This document shows positions 33,514 to 35,609 of a stretch of DNA of 35,609 nucleotides, piece after piece. Within the stretch, counting starts at the first letter, position 1. The number at the start of each line of letters is the position of its first letter. The stretch is from Candidatus Saccharimonadia bacterium. Lineage in GTDB: Bacteria; Patescibacteriota; Saccharimonadia; Saccharimonadales; Saccharimonadaceae. A program made the position numbers and the translations under genes. The DNA lies in the NCBI GenBank assembly GCA_023259925.1, contig JALRDS010000049.1, positions 1 to 35,609 on the forward strand, given 5' to 3'. The notes under the pieces are model-generated. The model had not been told where the DNA came from and searched no databases. It saw nothing but the letters and a program-made list of their open reading frames with translations.

Positions 33514-34252
33514 CTACTTCTGCCTCTTTCGCCATAGCTAGCAACAACATACCTGCCACATCTACTGATGGGCCGCTAGTAGGTGTGTGGAACCAAGCAA
33601 TACCGGGAGCGGAGTTTACCTCAAGAACTACAAAAGTTCCATCGCTCATTACTATAAAATCGACAGCTGCAAACCGTAATCTAAATACCTGAGCAATCTG
33701 AACTGCCATGCGCGTGCGTTCGCTATGCCACGTATTTGACTTCAATGAAACTCGCCGTAACGTTTCTGCTGAATTAATTGGCCCGTCGTACAACTTCTGG
33801 TGAACCGCGATTACTTGGCCGTTCAGTACTAAGTAGCGTTCTTCCTGGCCTTCTATGAATTTCTCGGCAACAATAGTAGTAATATCAAGATTATCTAACT
33901 GCGCTACATCATCAATCATGCGCACATCATGCGACCCATGGCCGTAGGTAGGTTTCACGACTACGAGCTGGTGCTTTATAAAAAAGTCACGCAGGTCCCT
34001 CTGTGTCTTAGGCAAGCAGTAGGGGATATTAGGAAAGTTATGCTGTTCTAAAATTTGACGTGTTGTATGCTTGTTCGAAACCAGGTAGCTTGAGAGTTGC
34101 GAATTAAGCGCAGTTTTTGAATGGAAAATGTACTGCTTAGCACCACTATAAGTTGTTATTTCTAAAAGCCCGTATTCGTTGAGCTTACTAGGCTTCAAAC
34201 CCAGCTCATCCGCCCGTGCATATAAAATGTCAGTAGATTCTGTAGCAAACAC
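33503..34252 (-). CDS. ATP-grasp domain protein (RimK-like ligase family)
   Basis: 249 aa with a GTG start. Motifs VVKPTYGHGSHDV, a central E-rich loop, and FVVLEVNSAPGI. Confidence 0.7.
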   Translation of the reverse strand: MFATESTDILYARADELGLKPSKLNEYGLLEITTYSGAKQYIFHSKTALNSQLSSYLVSNKHTTRQILEQHNFPNIPYCLPKTQRDLRDFFIKHQLVVVKPTYGHGSHDVRMIDDVAQLDNLDITTIVAEKFIEGQEERYLVLNGQVIAVHQKLYDGPINSAETLRRVSLKSNTWHSERTRMAVQIAQVFRLRFAAVDFIVMSDGTFVVLEVNSAPGIAWFHTPTSGPSVDVAGMLLLAMAKEAEVANL

Positions 34253-34295
34253 TGCTAGAATTATACGTTAAAGCCGCATAAAGCACTAAGTATCA

Positions 34296-34907
34296 TTAGG
34301 ATACCGGGTAGTTATGCTGCTTTAGTAATCTCGCTAAATGCAAGCTGTTTACTGCAACTATTTTTGTAGTATGTTGCGTTTTCTGTGGCTTGTGTGCTAG
34401 ATCTTGATAGTCGGTAGATGCCATTGCTTCACCCACCCAGTAGGTTGGCCCGCCGGCCGGGATTGTGAAGCCCACATCGGTGAGTGCCTGAAAAATTTCT
34501 GCCGAAGTATGGTGCGCCCCGTCCTCGTTCCCAACCGCGGCAACACTTGCTACTTTTCCATACATTAGCGGCCTGCCGTCGTCATCAAATTCTGCTAGTT
34601 CTGCATCGAGTCGTTCGAGTACCATTTTCGCTACCGATGAAGGTTGCCCCATCCAAATTGGAGTAGAAATAATCAGTATATCCGACCCAACTACACGTTC
34701 TCTAATACTCGACCACTCGTCACCATCGCCCATATCTTTTTCAACGCCAAACTTTATACGGTAGTCAGCTACTCGAATAATGTTACATGCCACATCGTGC
34801 TTTTCGAATTCATCAGCTAGCTCTTTGGCAATTAATTCACTAGATGACTTTTTTGGCGATGGACTGAGAGTGCATACTAAAATAGTAGCGGTAATACTGT
34901 TCTGCAT
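34296..34907 (-). CDS. flavodoxin-fold NAD(P)H-dependent FMN reductase
   Basis: 203 aa. ILVCTLSPSPKKSSS and ILIISTPIWMGQPSS are typical of the FMN_red / NADPH-dependent FMN reductase fold. AAGGAG SD upstream. Confidence 0.75.
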   Translation of the reverse strand: MQNSITATILVCTLSPSPKKSSSELIAKELADEFEKHDVACNIIRVADYRIKFGVEKDMGDGDEWSSIRERVVGSDILIISTPIWMGQPSSVAKMVLERLDAELAEFDDDGRPLMYGKVASVAAVGNEDGAHHTSAEIFQALTDVGFTIPAGGPTYWVGEAMASTDYQDLAHKPQKTQHTTKIVAVNSLHLARLLKQHNYPVS

Positions 34908-34930
34908 AAAATCTCCTTCAATATTCGTTA

Positions 34931-35479
34931 CTACGAAGTTTGCCCTTCGTGCCTACCTTCGCCAAACTCCTCTATTGCTTTACTTATGAATGCAGATAAA
35001 TCATCTGGATTGCGGCTGGTCACAAGCCCTTGGTCAACAACCACCTCTTCATCAACCCATTTCCCGCCGGCATTCGTAATATCTGTTCGTAAACTCGGCC
35101 ACGAAGTAAGCGTTCGCCCACCCACAACGTCAGCTTCCACGAGCAGCCATGGGGCATGGCATATTGCAGCCACTGGCTTATGTTGTTCAAAGAATTGTCT
35201 TACAAAAGCTACTGCAGTTTTATTCTGCCGCATTATATCCGGATTCAGTACGCCACCAGGCAATAGAAGTCCATCATAATCAGTTGCAGAAACCTCATCA
35301 ACAATCTTATCAACCGATACACTTGATTCGTTTTTTCCGGTAATCTTACCTGCTTCTGCAGATACTATTTCTACCACGGCTCCTGCATCTTTTACTGCCT
35401 CTAAGGGCTGTAGTAGTTCACTATCCTCGAATCCGTTAGCTGATAGTAAGGCTATCTTTTTATCGTTTAGTACGCTCAT
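34931..35479 (-). CDS. DJ-1/PfpI family protein (class I glutamine amidotransferase-like)
   Basis: 182 aa with nucleophile elbow AAICHAPWLL and a PfpI-like length. GGGAG SD upstream. Confidence 0.88.
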   Translation of the reverse strand: MSVLNDKKIALLSANGFEDSELLQPLEAVKDAGAVVEIVSAEAGKITGKNESSVSVDKIVDEVSATDYDGLLLPGGVLNPDIMRQNKTAVAFVRQFFEQHKPVAAICHAPWLLVEADVVGGRTLTSWPSLRTDITNAGGKWVDEEVVVDQGLVTSRNPDDLSAFISKAIEEFGEGRHEGQTS

Positions 35480-35609
35480 TGCATCTCCCTTCGTGTTACT
35501 GCTAATTATTGAAATACTGCATTACCTAGAATTGTAATGATCACTAGATATGCCTACTCCTTCGAGTTTTTATGCCACATATCGTCATCTCCCTTACTGT
35601 AGCCTGCTT

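Noticed and set aside
1-35609. Alternative genetic code (UGA recoded, as in some CPR lineages), CRISPR arrays, IS elements, toxin-antitoxin or known defence genes
   Set aside because: TGA terminates ORFs at family-typical lengths, for example 3526-3528, 31119-31121 and 22196-22198. I found no array of short direct repeats with spacers, no transposase or integrase-like ORF, and no nuclease, helicase or methylase cluster.

Overview
The window looks like a compact chromosomal segment from a small-genome, Gram-positive-like bacterium. By inference it is Saccharibacteria/TM7-like or another CPR lineage. The reasons are five type IV pilin paralogues sharing the N-terminus FTIVELLIVIVVIAILA, tightly packed and overlapping genes, short HrcA and TilS, and standard-code TGA stops.

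Most genes are housekeeping, and most lie on the minus strand:
- A truncated FAD-linked oxidase.
- The heat-shock set dnaK and hrcA-[44-codon ORF]-grpE, with three CIRCE operators.
- An ABC-2 exporter pair.
- lepA, murJ, ftsH, tilS, maf and one tRNA-CAU.
- A Y-family DNA polymerase with a small coupled ORF.
- A MarR-flanked cupredoxin cluster.
- A DagK-PAP2 lipid pair.
- A Cys-less SthA-like flavoprotein preceded by a stand-alone ATP-cone protein.
- An ATP-grasp enzyme, an FMN reductase and a DJ-1/PfpI protein.

I found no rRNA, CRISPR array, transposase, integrase or recognisable defence system, and I cannot point to a clear novel multi-gene system.

The observations most worth follow-up:
1. 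An orphan promoter-to-terminator unit at 3525-3930. It looks like an unclassified structured RNA of about 360 nt, or alternatively a 99-aa membrane peptide.
2. An unannotated 44-codon hydrophobic ORF wedged between hrcA and grpE.
3. A 61-nt ghost copy of the lepA 3' end that differs from the live copy only at synonymous sites.
4. A membrane protein / ATP-cone / Cys-less flavoprotein operon.
5. A small ORF coupled to the Y-family polymerase, with an operator-like palindrome upstream.
6. A 440-nt ORF-poor gap containing a long hairpin.
7. A recurrent leaderless promoter architecture.

All functional calls rest on motif recognition by eye. No database search was run.
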